Shown: in pieces, positions 1 to 9,543 of the stretch
Numbering within the stretch: the first letter of the stretch is position 1
Layout of the letters: each line of letters opens with the position of its first letter
Made by a program: the position numbers and the translations under genes
The notes under the pieces: model-generated
Database searches by the model: none
The model's input: the letters and a program-made list of their open reading frames with translations, nothing else
Told to the model about the DNA's origin: nothing
Virus record (IMG/VR): IMGVR_UViG_3300027708_002678
DNA: 64,000 bases
Direction: 5' to 3' (one strand)
Source: an uncultured virus (IMG/VR IMGVR_UViG_3300027708_002678)
Lineage: Duplodnaviria; Heunggongvirae; Uroviricota; Caudoviricetes

Positions 1-1267
1 TTGTATAATCACCCGGAGTCGCATAAGTGTGTGTTCTATTATTGTAAATATTATTAGAGGTTTCTCCATCACCCCAATCAATCGTTCCGTAATAGAATCC
101 TGAAGTTTCGTAAGGTAATTCAATAGTTTCTATAGGTGAAGTTGTTCTCCAAACAGAGATAAAGGATGGTGGTATAACAGGATTACAAGTTTGATATTTA
201 ACACACACCTCACAAAAAATGTATGTTGTTCCGTGGTCCCAAAAATCAGTCACCCAATTATCCATTTTAGATATACTAATAATTTCTAAACACTCACCAA
301 ATGAATTAACAACCGCAGTTCCCGGTAAAAAGTTAGACGGTAACATAATATATTTTATGATTTTCTTAGAACAACAAGATTGAACTTGGAATAACACATA
401 CTTAACAGGTGTTGTTGGTGTGGGAGTGTTAGTCGGGGTTTGTGTTGGGGTGTGTGTTGGTGTTTGTGTTGGAGTATGACTCGGAGTTATAGAAGGTGTT
501 GGTGTTAACGTCGGACAAGGATATATAAAATTGGCTTTTTGACAATGGGGAACACTCGGTTGGGAACCCATTGCAATAAATGAATAAACATTATTAGTCG
601 ATGAACTAACTACATAACTAGCACAACCAACAAATCCATCACTCTCAATATAATAAGCTCCTGATAAAGGATTGAATGATATTGGTATGTTAGATAATGT
701 AAATTGATTAGTTGGGTCACAACTATCTTCAAAATACCCTACAAGAGAAGGTAATGTTGGTGTGGGAGTTGGTGTTGTTGTAGGAGTTGGTGTTGGTCCG
801 GGACATTCATTATTAATACAGACGTTTGAAGATATATTGATTGTCACACCACTATCCGCCGATGGATTACTTCCGCAAACAAATAATGTGGTGGCTGAAT
901 ATATTTTACCATAAAATGATTCTCCATTACAATTAGTATATCTATAACCTAAAGTTACCCCTAAAGTGTTTTCAAAGGACATACAGTTACATATCGCCTT
1001 TGTCGGCGTTGGTGTTATTGTAGGAGTTGGTGTTTGAGATGGTTTTGGGTCATCACAATTATGATACTGAAGTTCTGAACAACCAAGAGAGTCCGTAATT
1101 ACAACCAATACTTTATCAACATTAATAAGTTCTGTTGGGATATTAATTGTTAAGGGTGCTGTTGTGGCACCTGAAACACCAAAATAGCAATAAGTGTTAG
1201 TAATATCACAAATTGTAATATCATAAGGAGAGTGTCCCGTTAAACTTGTGATTTGTATTACTTGCAT
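1..1267 (-). CDS. Partial (runs off left edge) Cys-rich modular protein with Thr/Pro linkers and a PKD-like domain; probable virion fibre/decoration protein
   Basis: Not in the ORF track because it has no stop in the window. ATG at 1267 reads MQVIQITSLTGHSPYDITICD...[14 protein letters not shown]..., and near position 1 ...GTIDWGDGETSNNIYNNRTHTYATPGDYT (PKD WGDG...HTY.PG.Y signature). Confidence 0.75.
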   Translation of the reverse strand, partial: MQVIQITSLTGHSPYDITICDITNTYCYFGVSGATTAPLTINIPTELINVDKVLVVITDSLGCSELQYHNCDDPKPSQTPTPTITPTPTKAICNCMSFENTLGVTLGYRYTNCNGESFYGKIYSATTLFVCGSNPSADSGVTINISSNVCINNECPGPTPTPTTTPTPTPTLPSLVGYFEDSCDPTNQFTLSNIPISFNPLSGAYYIESDGFVGCASYVVSSSTNNVYSFIAMGSQPSVPHCQKANFIYPCPTLTPTPSITPSHTPTQTPTHTPTQTPTNTPTPTTPVKYVLFQVQSCCSKKIIKYIMLPSNFLPGTAVVNSFGECLEIISISKMDNWVTDFWDHGTTYIFCEVCVKYQTCNPVIPPSFISVWRTTSPIETIELPYETSGFYYGTIDWGDGETSNNIYNNRTHTYATPGDYT

Positions 1268-1488
1268 TATTTAGATAAAATTAAATTTTCAGGTTTTTTA
1301 TCATCTAATGTTATTCCATATGTTAATAACTTTGCAACATACTCATCCTTATCTGTGGTTGTGAATATATTTGTTTTTGGTGTTATCATATATTGGTCTG
1401 ATGTAACCTCACCATAATGGGGGTTAGTATCATTCTCTTCATAAGAGATGAAATAAGTTGTTACTGAAGGGTATTTAATTTCGTTCAT
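1267..1488 (-). CDS. Small hypothetical protein, possibly a fibre-associated chaperone
   Basis: 73 aa ORF whose stop overlaps the ATG of the downstream fibre-like gene. Confidence 0.6.
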   Translation of the reverse strand: MNEIKYPSVTTYFISYEENDTNPHYGEVTSDQYMITPKTNIFTTTDKDEYVAKLLTYGITLDDKKPENLILSK

Positions 1489-1578
1489 ATATTTAAATTA
1501 TTTTTTATTTCTTATTAACACAGACTTGACATAATTACTTCACCATTTGGACCAATTCTTGTCCATACATTATAATAA

Positions 1579-1923
1579 CTATTGTGATGGTGTAGGTGTT
1601 CGTGTAACTAAACAAGGGTTAAATGTCGGTGTTGGTGTAGTAGTTGGTGTAGTAGTTGGTGTAGTAGTCGGTGTAGTAGTAACCGTAGGTGTTGGTGTAG
1701 GTGTTGGTAATGGGACATTTAAAAATATTGGACAATCAGCACCCTCAACCAATATGGTATAGACACCATATATAGTACGAGGTGGTGTTAATAATGACGG
1801 ATTAAACACATAAGGTAGTGGTTGATTACCTAAATTAATAACCACATTAACACCATTTGGTTTAAATAAGATATTTGCAATATCTCCATCATAACTCCCA
1901 CTCTGTATTGTAATTGTTTCCAT
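1579..1923 (-). CDS. Short Thr/Pro-repeat protein, possibly truncated
   Basis: N-terminal beta-rich segment followed by [20 protein letters not shown]; ends at TAG shortly after the repeat. Confidence 0.65.
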   Translation of the reverse strand: METITIQSGSYDGDIANILFKPNGVNVVINLGNQPLPYVFNPSLLTPPRTIYGVYTILVEGADCPIFLNVPLPTPTPTPTVTTTPTTTPTTTPTTTPTPTFNPCLVTRTPTPSQ

Positions 1924-1926
1924 ATT

Positions 1927-2154
1927 TTATATTTCTCCTGTGCCAATTGTTGGTTGTATGTAACTACCTAACCAATCTGTTAATACTAAATCTTTTACCC
2001 ACATAAACTCAGGTGTAACACATTCATTTACCTCAACTTCAGATATTACCCAATCACCATTTACATCCTGAACAGGATTAAATGTTAATTTTGGATATAC
2101 TTCTTGTTTATCTAAATTATCTTTTTGTTCTGTTGTTAAAATTACTACTCTCAT
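1927..2154 (-). CDS. Small hypothetical protein, possibly a fibre-associated chaperone
   Basis: Likely start MRVVILT at 2154, immediately after the TAG of the 1109 aa gene. Confidence 0.6.
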   Translation of the reverse strand: MRVVILTTEQKDNLDKQEVYPKLTFNPVQDVNGDWVISEVEVNECVTPEFMWVKDLVLTDWLGSYIQPTIGTGEI

Positions 2155-2155
2155 A

Positions 2156-5100
2156 CTAATAAGTGTTTCTTCCAATTGATGTCATAAATGTATTGACAAT
2201 ATTTTGATAATGAACCATATCAACAGGGCTCATATATCCACCAAAGCTAGACCATCCAAATGTATTTACTGAACGACCACCTCCTGATGTACAAGAAGCA
2301 CTACTATTTGGTGCAACCCCTAAATATAATGACGGTGAGTCAGAAAGTGTTGATATACTTCCGGCACTACTAGGTGATGCTGCGGCACCATTTTCATAAG
2401 CGTATGTATTACTACCATCAGTAGAAATGATAACAAAATCACCTGAGTTTAAATTAGGAACCGCATTATTTCCCGAATTACAATCATATTCATAACGACC
2501 TGTTCCAACACCTATTTTTTTTAAGGTTATAGTTACACTTCTTGTAAATGAACCACTAACTGATAAATCCCCATTACTTGGTGAGTTACCTGGTACTGTT
2601 CCATATATTGAGAAGTGAGTGTTATATAATTCATAACCTGTAATAGGAATATAATCCTTACCTGTGTAAGCTTCTGTATTGATTCCATTACCTTGCATTC
2701 CCAAAGAACCAAAAGTCCATCCACCACTAAGTTGTAAATCATATGCGGTATTTCCATTTGCATTAATTGCTTGTGTTGCCGATGTTAAACCTAACATTGG
2801 ATAAAAACCTTCTAACACGCTATAAAGGACATCAAGACCTGATTCAAGAGAAGTGTTTTGTAAATCATTAAATAATATGTCTAAAGCTGTTGCGGTTGTA
2901 TTATCAATTGAACCACCTGATGCAATAACTCGTGAAGCATAAGCATACGCATCGGGATTACTTATTGGTAATGGTGTTGGTGTATTTGTTGGTGTTGGTG
3001 TTGAAGTTTTAGTTGGAGTATATGTTGGTGTAACACTAGGTGTTGGGGTATGTGTTGAGGTATGTGTTGGAGTAATCGTATTAGTCGGAGTATTAGTTGG
3101 TGTAGGTGTTTGAGTTGGTGTTTGAGTTGGTGTTTTACTAGGTGTTTGAGTTGGTGTGTTAGTGTTTGTTGGTGTCATACTTGGAGTCACAGTATTTGTT
3201 GGTGTATTAGTCGGAGTTATTGTTGGTGTAATTGTATTTGTTGGTGTAATTGTATTTGTTGGTGTGATACTTGGTGTTATTGTGTTTGTTGGTGTGTTTG
3301 TGGGTGTTATTGTTGGTGTAATTGTATTTGTTGGTGTGATACTTGGTGTTATTGTGTTTGTTGGTGTATTAGTCGGAGTTATTGTTGGCGTAATTGTATT
3401 TGTTGGTGTAATTGTATTTGTTGGTGTGATACTTGGTGTTATTGTGTTTGTTGGTGTGTTTGTTGGTGTAGGACCATTAATTGTAAATGTAATATCATCC
3501 ACCGGACAGAATTCCTCACCACAATCAGGACAATCCGGATTGAACATATTAAAAGTATCCTTTAATAAATTAAAGTTATGTTTTATTTCAGGTGCTGATA
3601 ATGGTGATATATACATTCTAAATTGAGAAATTCCCCCTTCAAATGTTCCTCCAAAATTTTGCTCCAATAATATATTTGTGGTTAATCCACTATACACAGT
3701 ACCAACTAAATCATTTGTTGGTAAAGATTCGGGGTCTTGAATATATGTTGTTCCGGTTGTTGATGAGAATGTTAAATTTTCTCTTAAACCCTGTGTTCCA
3801 CCACCCCACGAAATATTAAATGGAACGCCAACTTGTTTTTCTTTATCAGTATTTAAACCTCTCGGAATAATTTCCTCAAAATTCTCTATGGTGAAAAATC
3901 TTCTACCATTAATATATATTTTTAATCTACCTTTTCTATAATGTTTATCAATTAACCATTTTTCGTTTAAATCAACCAATTCAACTTCACCCGGTGCCGG
4001 ATATCCTACTTGAGTGTATGGAGGGGCTATTAAGGACATTGAATTGTTTGCTAATGATTCTAAAAGTTTTCTTTCAGTTATATCCCCTAATCCTCCACGA
4101 TACCATAAATCACAAGTGTCTAACCAAGTATATCTTTCCCATACGGCATCCAATTGGAACCAATGTTCTAAATCTAAATAAGCAGGGTTAATATTTGCAC
4201 AATAATCGTATATTCCTGTTGGAGAACAATATTCGGTGATTGTATACCCTGTTTGATATGTAATTCCACTAGTTTCACAAGAACCTGTTGTTACACAATC
4301 ACCTGTAAATCTTAATACTTTAACACCTATCGATGGATTATGTGGGTCACCACATAATTTAAATGAGATTACGTTAGACATTGAATCATATAATGGGTCC
4401 GTTTCACAAGTCGATTGAACCGATGATTCACAAGTGTGGTTTTTACATTCCCACCCACAAACATCATTTTCAAATGTTGGACACCCACAAGAATTACACA
4501 CATAAGATGATGAATTACAACCACAAGTATTACAACCATAGTTTTTATGTGGGTCGTGTTCACCACCATTACTTCTTGGTGGATAAACGTAGATACAACG
4601 ACTATCCGTCACACCTGTATTACAACAAGCACAAGTTTCCAATAATGTTAAATCTGATGTTACTCTAGTATATGCGGATATTCCACCCATAAACCCATCT
4701 GCGTGATGATAAAACTTATTCTCAGCACGAGTTCCCATATAAAAGAATATGTTTTTATTTTGAGGATAAACAACATTTAAAGTTGTTTCACCTGAAGACG
4801 GAGAATATTCGTCATTCTCAGGGAATCGTGGTTTTAATAACATTTCAACAGACCATCCTTTATTCATCCTTTGTGGGAATATTTCATAGTCATATCCAAA
4901 TAATCTATAGAATCCTTGATAGAAACCACCATATAATTGGTGAATGTTTGTTCCACTAATTAAATCATACTCACTAACAACCTCATATAATATGGTTTTG
5001 TTAAATCCTGTAAATCTAACATTACTACTAGTATATCCGGTGACTTGGAACATTTTAAACCTTCTATCAAACGATAATCTATTAAACTTTGTAGAATCAT

Positions 5101-5485
5101 TAATTCCATTTGTAAATGTTATGGTTTGTCCGGTCATACTAGTAACCAATCCATTATCAATACCTGTTAAACCAATATCACAAGATGTGTTGGCAGTTAA
5201 ACAACTTAAATCTAAATTATCAGGGTTATAATAGTTTTTAGACACAAAAACATTATTAAAATTATAATGTTTGTAATTTAATGTGTATTGTTGAACAGAA
5301 CTACTATCGTCAATATCAAAATAAAATGGTAATCTATTTCCGTATGTTTGAGCAATAAGATATGGTGAGAAAACAACTTCTTCATTAAAGTTTCTCTCAT
5401 CACTAACTAATGACATATCATTAGATTCTAACCCTAATTTTATACCCCAATTTGGTTTTGGAAATTGATTTATATTTTGACTCAC
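2156..5485 (-). CDS. Large structural protein: Cys-rich N-terminal region, ~170 aa mucin-like Thr/Pro stalk, C-terminal beta-rich (lectin/LamG-like) domain
   Basis: 1109 aa ORF with Cys clusters (CACC, CNTCGC, CNSCGC), a long TPTNT/TPTIT tandem array and a TATTTAT motif upstream. GTG start. Confidence 0.7.
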   Translation of the reverse strand: MSQNINQFPKPNWGIKLGLESNDMSLVSDERNFNEEVVFSPYLIAQTYGNRLPFYFDIDDSSSVQQYTLNYKHYNFNNVFVSKNYYNPDNLDLSCLTANTSCDIGLTGIDNGLVTSMTGQTITFTNGINDSTKFNRLSFDRRFKMFQVTGYTSSNVRFTGFNKTILYEVVSEYDLISGTNIHQLYGGFYQGFYRLFGYDYEIFPQRMNKGWSVEMLLKPRFPENDEYSPSSGETTLNVVYPQNKNIFFYMGTRAENKFYHHADGFMGGISAYTRVTSDLTLLETCACCNTGVTDSRCIYVYPPRSNGGEHDPHKNYGCNTCGCNSSSYVCNSCGCPTFENDVCGWECKNHTCESSVQSTCETDPLYDSMSNVISFKLCGDPHNPSIGVKVLRFTGDCVTTGSCETSGITYQTGYTITEYCSPTGIYDYCANINPAYLDLEHWFQLDAVWERYTWLDTCDLWYRGGLGDITERKLLESLANNSMSLIAPPYTQVGYPAPGEVELVDLNEKWLIDKHYRKGRLKIYINGRRFFTIENFEEIIPRGLNTDKEKQVGVPFNISWGGGTQGLRENLTFSSTTGTTYIQDPESLPTNDLVGTVYSGLTTNILLEQNFGGTFEGGISQFRMYISPLSAPEIKHNFNLLKDTFNMFNPDCPDCGEEFCPVDDITFTINGPTPTNTPTNTITPSITPTNTITPTNTITPTITPTNTPTNTITPSITPTNTITPTITPTNTPTNTITPSITPTNTITPTNTITPTITPTNTPTNTVTPSMTPTNTNTPTQTPSKTPTQTPTQTPTPTNTPTNTITPTHTSTHTPTPSVTPTYTPTKTSTPTPTNTPTPLPISNPDAYAYASRVIASGGSIDNTTATALDILFNDLQNTSLESGLDVLYSVLEGFYPMLGLTSATQAINANGNTAYDLQLSGGWTFGSLGMQGNGINTEAYTGKDYIPITGYELYNTHFSIYGTVPGNSPSNGDLSVSGSFTRSVTITLKKIGVGTGRYEYDCNSGNNAVPNLNSGDFVIISTDGSNTYAYENGAAASPSSAGSISTLSDSPSLYLGVAPNSSASCTSGGGRSVNTFGWSSFGGYMSPVDMVHYQNIVNTFMTSIGRNTY
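2973..3470 (-). repeat. Coding tandem repeat encoding a Thr/Pro mucin-like stalk
   Basis: Near-identical GTTGGTGT-based units on the + strand, e.g. TTGTTGGTGTAATTGTATTTGTTGGTGT repeated. Confidence 0.9.
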
Positions 5486-5498
5486 AATCTTTTTTATG

Positions 5499-5525
5499 AT
5501 AAATAGTCAGAAACGAAGTATTTAT
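5499..5525. promoter_or_regulatory. Divergent pair of TATTTAT late-promoter-like motifs
   Basis: ATAAATA at 5499-5505 (TATTTAT on minus, upstream of 5485) and TATTTAT at 5519-5525 (plus, upstream of 5541). Confidence 0.6.
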
Positions 5526-5540
5526 ATATAAAAAGTTGAT

Positions 5541-6377
5541 ATGATTAATTTTAATACCGAATATTTTGGAAACAATTGTTACTTCTACATTAAAGATAGA
5601 GGTGACAAAATATCCCTTTATTATAATGTGGCAAACACTTTAACGGAATCAAGAAAATCTGACGATAAAATTGAGTTTGATAAAAAAGACGAAAAAAAAG
5701 TTAAAGGAGTGGTTTCTTCAGCATTAAAAACAAAATCTAAAGTTTCTAAAAAGGCATTAGATAAAAAACTTAAAGGAATTAAATCCAAAGAAGAAATTGA
5801 TGAATTAGTTGATGAGGACGGTAATATGTTAGGCTCAAGAATACCAAATCTTAGTCAAATATTAACACCACACAAAACTATGGACCAAACTGTTGCCGCA
5901 ACAAGAATGACAAATGACCCGGTTACAAGAGGTTATAGAGTTTATTATGGTGAAAGTGAAGAACAAACTGATGAAGTAATTAATGAAGTAGATTATTCGG
6001 AAGCATTTGGGTACGAAGAAACCAAAGATATGGATTTTAAAAACACAGTCAAAACCCTTAAAAAAATGGGTGTTGAAAATGCTGTTGAAAGAGCTAACCA
6101 ATTTGGTAAATTACCAAAAGCAAAAAAAGAAGATGGTGAGTTAAAACAAAGATTGTCTGAAAAAGAAACTCTTGAAGAACGTCAACATAGATTGATGAAA
6201 AAAATGGTTGAAGATATTTTAACCAAAAAACCTAAAACAGATTCTGATGTAATTAAAAATACCGGTATCAGTAAAATTTTAAAAAAAAATCTTAAATCAA
6301 TTAAAAATATCGCAGACAAAGAAGGTATCAGTATTAATATGTTAATAAAAGCTTTAAAATCATCTGACGATGAATAG
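5541..6377 (+). CDS. Hypothetical Lys/Glu-rich phage protein (late-motif gene)
   Basis: 278 aa ORF; first gene of a + strand operon. Confidence 0.7.
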   Translation: MINFNTEYFGNNCYFYIKDRGDKISLYYNVANTLTESRKSDDKIEFDKKDEKKVKGVVSSALKTKSKVSKKALDKKLKGIKSKEEIDELVDEDGNMLGSRIPNLSQILTPHKTMDQTVAATRMTNDPVTRGYRVYYGESEEQTDEVINEVDYSEAFGYEETKDMDFKNTVKTLKKMGVENAVERANQFGKLPKAKKEDGELKQRLSEKETLEERQHRLMKKMVEDILTKKPKTDSDVIKNTGISKILKKNLKSIKNIADKEGISINMLIKALKSSDDE

Positions 6378-6837
6378 TGAATTATACGGAAAAACCTATA
6401 AGGTCCCTCAAGATGTTATTGATTACTTACATCAATGTCATCAAGCAGTTGGAGATGTTGATGAAACAACTGAAGGTTTTAAACGCAACAAAGATTTGAG
6501 AGAAAAAGGTGAAATAACTTATCAACAATTAAAACGAATGAAAAATTGGTTTGATAACTTTAATGGACACCAAGATGAAATTCCTCACATATTAAATGGG
6601 GGTCATTATGTTAGAAATTGGGTTAATAATACTTTAAAAGGAGATAGAGATACAATAGACGCTCGTAAACAATCAACATCCGAAGTATTACCAAATCAAC
6701 ATATTAAACCTCACGAAAAAGACGGAATGAAAACTATGAATAGACCAAGTCAAAGTCATAATTCATCAATTAATAAATTTGATACGGCAATAACTGAAAG
6801 TCTAAAAAGAATAAACGAATTAATGCAAAAAATATAA
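6370..6837 (+). CDS. Hypothetical protein
   Basis: 155 aa ORF overlapping the previous stop. Confidence 0.7.
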   Translation: MNSELYGKTYKVPQDVIDYLHQCHQAVGDVDETTEGFKRNKDLREKGEITYQQLKRMKNWFDNFNGHQDEIPHILNGGHYVRNWVNNTLKGDRDTIDARKQSTSEVLPNQHIKPHEKDGMKTMNRPSQSHNSSINKFDTAITESLKRINELMQKI

Positions 6838-6842
6838 TAATT

Positions 6843-7139
6843 ATGGCAGTAAATGAACCATTAGATTTAGCACAACCGGAAAATAAATTATCATCAGTAG
6901 CCGAGGCTCAAAGAAAATTATTATTTCCAAAAAACGATTATAAACGAACTGCTAATGAATATTCAGCAGTTAATCCTGATGCGTTGGCAACAGGTGACGC
7001 TCAAGGTAAAGGTACCGGAGGAGATTTAGATATCTTTAACGAAAGTGCTGGAGCTATCCAAGATATCTTAGAGAGAAAATCTGAAATACTTTTTAATCAA
7101 TATAAATCAAACGCACCTTATACAACACCAAGTGCATAA
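6843..7139 (+). CDS. Hypothetical protein
   Basis: 98 aa ORF, coupled TAATG to the next gene. Confidence 0.65.
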   Translation: MAVNEPLDLAQPENKLSSVAEAQRKLLFPKNDYKRTANEYSAVNPDALATGDAQGKGTGGDLDIFNESAGAIQDILERKSEILFNQYKSNAPYTTPSA

Positions 7140-7537
7140 TGAAACTTTACAACACAGTTAAATCCCTTATTTTAGAAGTAGCGTCAATTGACTCAATCGT
7201 CAACGCTATTAAAAATAAAGATAAGATAATAATATATTACGACGGTGATGAACCAGGTGGACGAGGTTTAAGAAATATTGAACCCGTTTGTTTTGGATAT
7301 TCAAAAGCCGGAAATCCTGTATTAAGAGCTTGGGATGAAGAAGGTGCTTCTCACACCGGTTATAAAGGTGAACAACCTTTGCCGGGATGGAGATTGTTTA
7401 GAGTGGATAAAATCCAATCTTTTAAACCTTCAGGTGAAAAATTCAATGAACCAAAACCAGGTTACAATTTCAATGGAGATAAAAGTATGACAAGAGTTAT
7501 CATAAACGCGGTTTTCGGACAAAACCCAACACAATAA
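7139..7537 (+). CDS. Stand-alone WYL-domain-like protein
   Basis: Matches the WYL fold pattern: IIIYY...RNIEPVCFG...VLRAWD...WRLFRVDKI. Confidence 0.65.
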   Translation: MKLYNTVKSLILEVASIDSIVNAIKNKDKIIIYYDGDEPGGRGLRNIEPVCFGYSKAGNPVLRAWDEEGASHTGYKGEQPLPGWRLFRVDKIQSFKPSGEKFNEPKPGYNFNGDKSMTRVIINAVFGQNPTQ

Positions 7538-7546
7538 TTAAATTTT

Positions 7547-8182
7547 ATGACAAACGAATTAAGTTTAATGGAAAAATTAGCGGTATCTAAAAAAATAATG
7601 GATGCCCATAATAAAATACCAACAGGTGGTGCATCACAATCAATGAGTTCATACAATACACCTTCAGTTGAAAACTATGAACCTGTTAGAGGAACTTACA
7701 ACATTCCTCAAGAATTTTTACAAGAATCACAACAGATTGACCAACCATATTTATCATCAATACCAAAAACACCATCAGCTCCACAACCATTAACAAGTGA
7801 TAGAGTTATGGCATCTAAATTACCTGATGCTATTAAAAAATTAATGATTGAACACCCAATTGAAATCCCTAACTCAATGGGGGGTGGTGGTTCAGTATTA
7901 TCTGATGAATTAGTTGAGAAAGCAACTAGATTGATGAATACCGACGCTAGAGGTAATCAAGTAAATCAACCAAAACAAATTGTTCGAGAACAATCTCAAC
8001 CACAACAACCAAACTTTAATATGAAACAATTAAAGACAATGCTTCGTGAAGTTGTGGAAGAAGTATTACAAGAAAATGGAATTTTAGCAGAATCAGAACA
8101 AAAGACCAATGAAATGTTTACATTTAAAGTAGGGAAACATATATTTTCAGGGAAGATTAGTAAGGTCCAAAAAACAAGCTAA
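7547..8182 (+). CDS. Hypothetical protein
   Basis: 211 aa ORF followed by a terminator. Confidence 0.7.
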   Translation: MTNELSLMEKLAVSKKIMDAHNKIPTGGASQSMSSYNTPSVENYEPVRGTYNIPQEFLQESQQIDQPYLSSIPKTPSAPQPLTSDRVMASKLPDAIKKLMIEHPIEIPNSMGGGGSVLSDELVEKATRLMNTDARGNQVNQPKQIVREQSQPQQPNFNMKQLKTMLREVVEEVLQENGILAESEQKTNEMFTFKVGKHIFSGKISKVQKTS

Positions 8183-8203
8183 TTTATTTACTCTAAAAAG
8201 ATT

Positions 8204-8233
8204 AACCTCAATCCCTAAGATTGGGGTTTTTTT
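8204..8233 (+). terminator. Rho-independent terminator
   Basis: AACCTCAATC-cctaa-GATTGGGGTT followed by a T-run. Confidence 0.7.
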
Positions 8234-8245
8234 GTTTTTATATGG

Positions 8246-8274
8246 TTGATATTCTTTTTATTTTTTATTATATT
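8246..8274 (+). promoter_or_regulatory. Putative host-RNAP-type promoter for the glycosylation operon
   Basis: TTGATA-N17-TATATT directly after the terminator and 20 nt before ATG 8295. Confidence 0.4.
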
Positions 8275-8294
8275 TTATGATATAATTTAACACT

Positions 8295-9515
8295 ATGAAA
8301 GAAAAAATTAATGTATTAGTATTACCCTCAGATAAAACCGGTGTTGGTAAATTTAGGTCAGTCGACCCTCACGTATTCCTACAAAACTTATATCCGGATG
8401 ATTTTCACGTAGATATTGAGTACGAACCAAATATGAATAATATTGAATTTTGGAAAAAATACCAAATAATTCACGCCCATAGAACAATTGGGCAAGATTA
8501 TGATATGGCACCTCAAATAATTGAGTGGTTAAAATCAATTGGGATTGTTGTCATTGTTGACCTTGACGATTATTGGTTACCAACTAAAGAACATCCAATC
8601 CATAATATTATTGTTCAAAACAAAATTGACATTAAAATTAAGGCAAATTTAAAGGCTGCGTCATATGTTACTACGACAACAGAAATATTTGCCGAAGAAA
8701 TAAGAAAATTAAATAAAAATGTTATTGTATTTCCAAACGCAATTAATCCAAAAGAATTACAATTTAACCAACCAACACCACCATCTGATAAAATCAGAGT
8801 AGGTTGGTTAGGTGGTTCATCTCATTTACACGATTTATCATTACTTGGAGATTTTGTTCAAAAAAATAGTATGATAAATGATAAATTACAATATGTGATT
8901 TGTGGGTTTGATACAAGAGGTACTGTAACTGAAATTAATCCTCAAACAGGTGAACAAAAACAAAGAGACATTTTACCTCACGAAACTGTATGGGCTAGAT
9001 ATGAAGAAATTTTTACATCAAATTATAAAACCACAGACGAAGAGTATAAAAAATTCTTATTAGAATTTAAAGAAGGTGAATATAATTCAGGTAATGAATT
9101 ACCATATCTTAGAGTTTGGACAAAACCCGTTAACACATACGCTATGAATTATTCAAAATTTGACATATCTTTGGCACCAATTAAAAATCATATATTCAAT
9201 AGAATGAAATCTCAATTAAAAGTTATTGAAGCGGGGTTTTACAAAAAAGCTTTAATTGCTTCTGAGATTGGTCCTTACACGATTGATTTAGTTCATTGTT
9301 TAAAAAACGGTGAGTTTAACGATAACGGTAACGCTATTTTAATACCTGAGTCAAGAAACCATAGTGATTGGTCTAAATCAGTTAAAAAATTAGTTCAAAA
9401 CCCACATATGATTAAAGAACTTGGGGAGAGATTATACAATACCGTTAAGGACAAGTATGACCTTAATGTGGTTACAAAAAATCGTAGAGATTTTTATTTA
9501 TCCTTAATTAAGTAA
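8295..9515 (+). CDS. Glycosyltransferase, GT-B fold (GT4-like)
   Basis: DLDDYW, VGWLGGSSH, and the donor-binding region DISLAPI...NRMKSQLKVIEAG. Confidence 0.8.
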   Translation: MKEKINVLVLPSDKTGVGKFRSVDPHVFLQNLYPDDFHVDIEYEPNMNNIEFWKKYQIIHAHRTIGQDYDMAPQIIEWLKSIGIVVIVDLDDYWLPTKEHPIHNIIVQNKIDIKIKANLKAASYVTTTTEIFAEEIRKLNKNVIVFPNAINPKELQFNQPTPPSDKIRVGWLGGSSHLHDLSLLGDFVQKNSMINDKLQYVICGFDTRGTVTEINPQTGEQKQRDILPHETVWARYEEIFTSNYKTTDEEYKKFLLEFKEGEYNSGNELPYLRVWTKPVNTYAMNYSKFDISLAPIKNHIFNRMKSQLKVIEAGFYKKALIASEIGPYTIDLVHCLKNGEFNDNGNAILIPESRNHSDWSKSVKKLVQNPHMIKELGERLYNTVKDKYDLNVVTKNRRDFYLSLIK

Positions 9516-9543
9516 TATTATTTAAATCGTAATATTTATTATT

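Noticed and set aside
2973..3470. Repeat arrays as possible CRISPR arrays (also 49490-49835)
   Set aside because: The units are codon-phased, have no unique spacers and lie inside ORFs; no cas genes are recognisable.
3062..3626. Plus-strand ORFs rich in Cys/Trp or Val/Gly (3062-3565, 3156-3626; also 1547-1762)
   Set aside because: Antisense shadows of Thr/Pro-coding repeats, with no independent expression signals.
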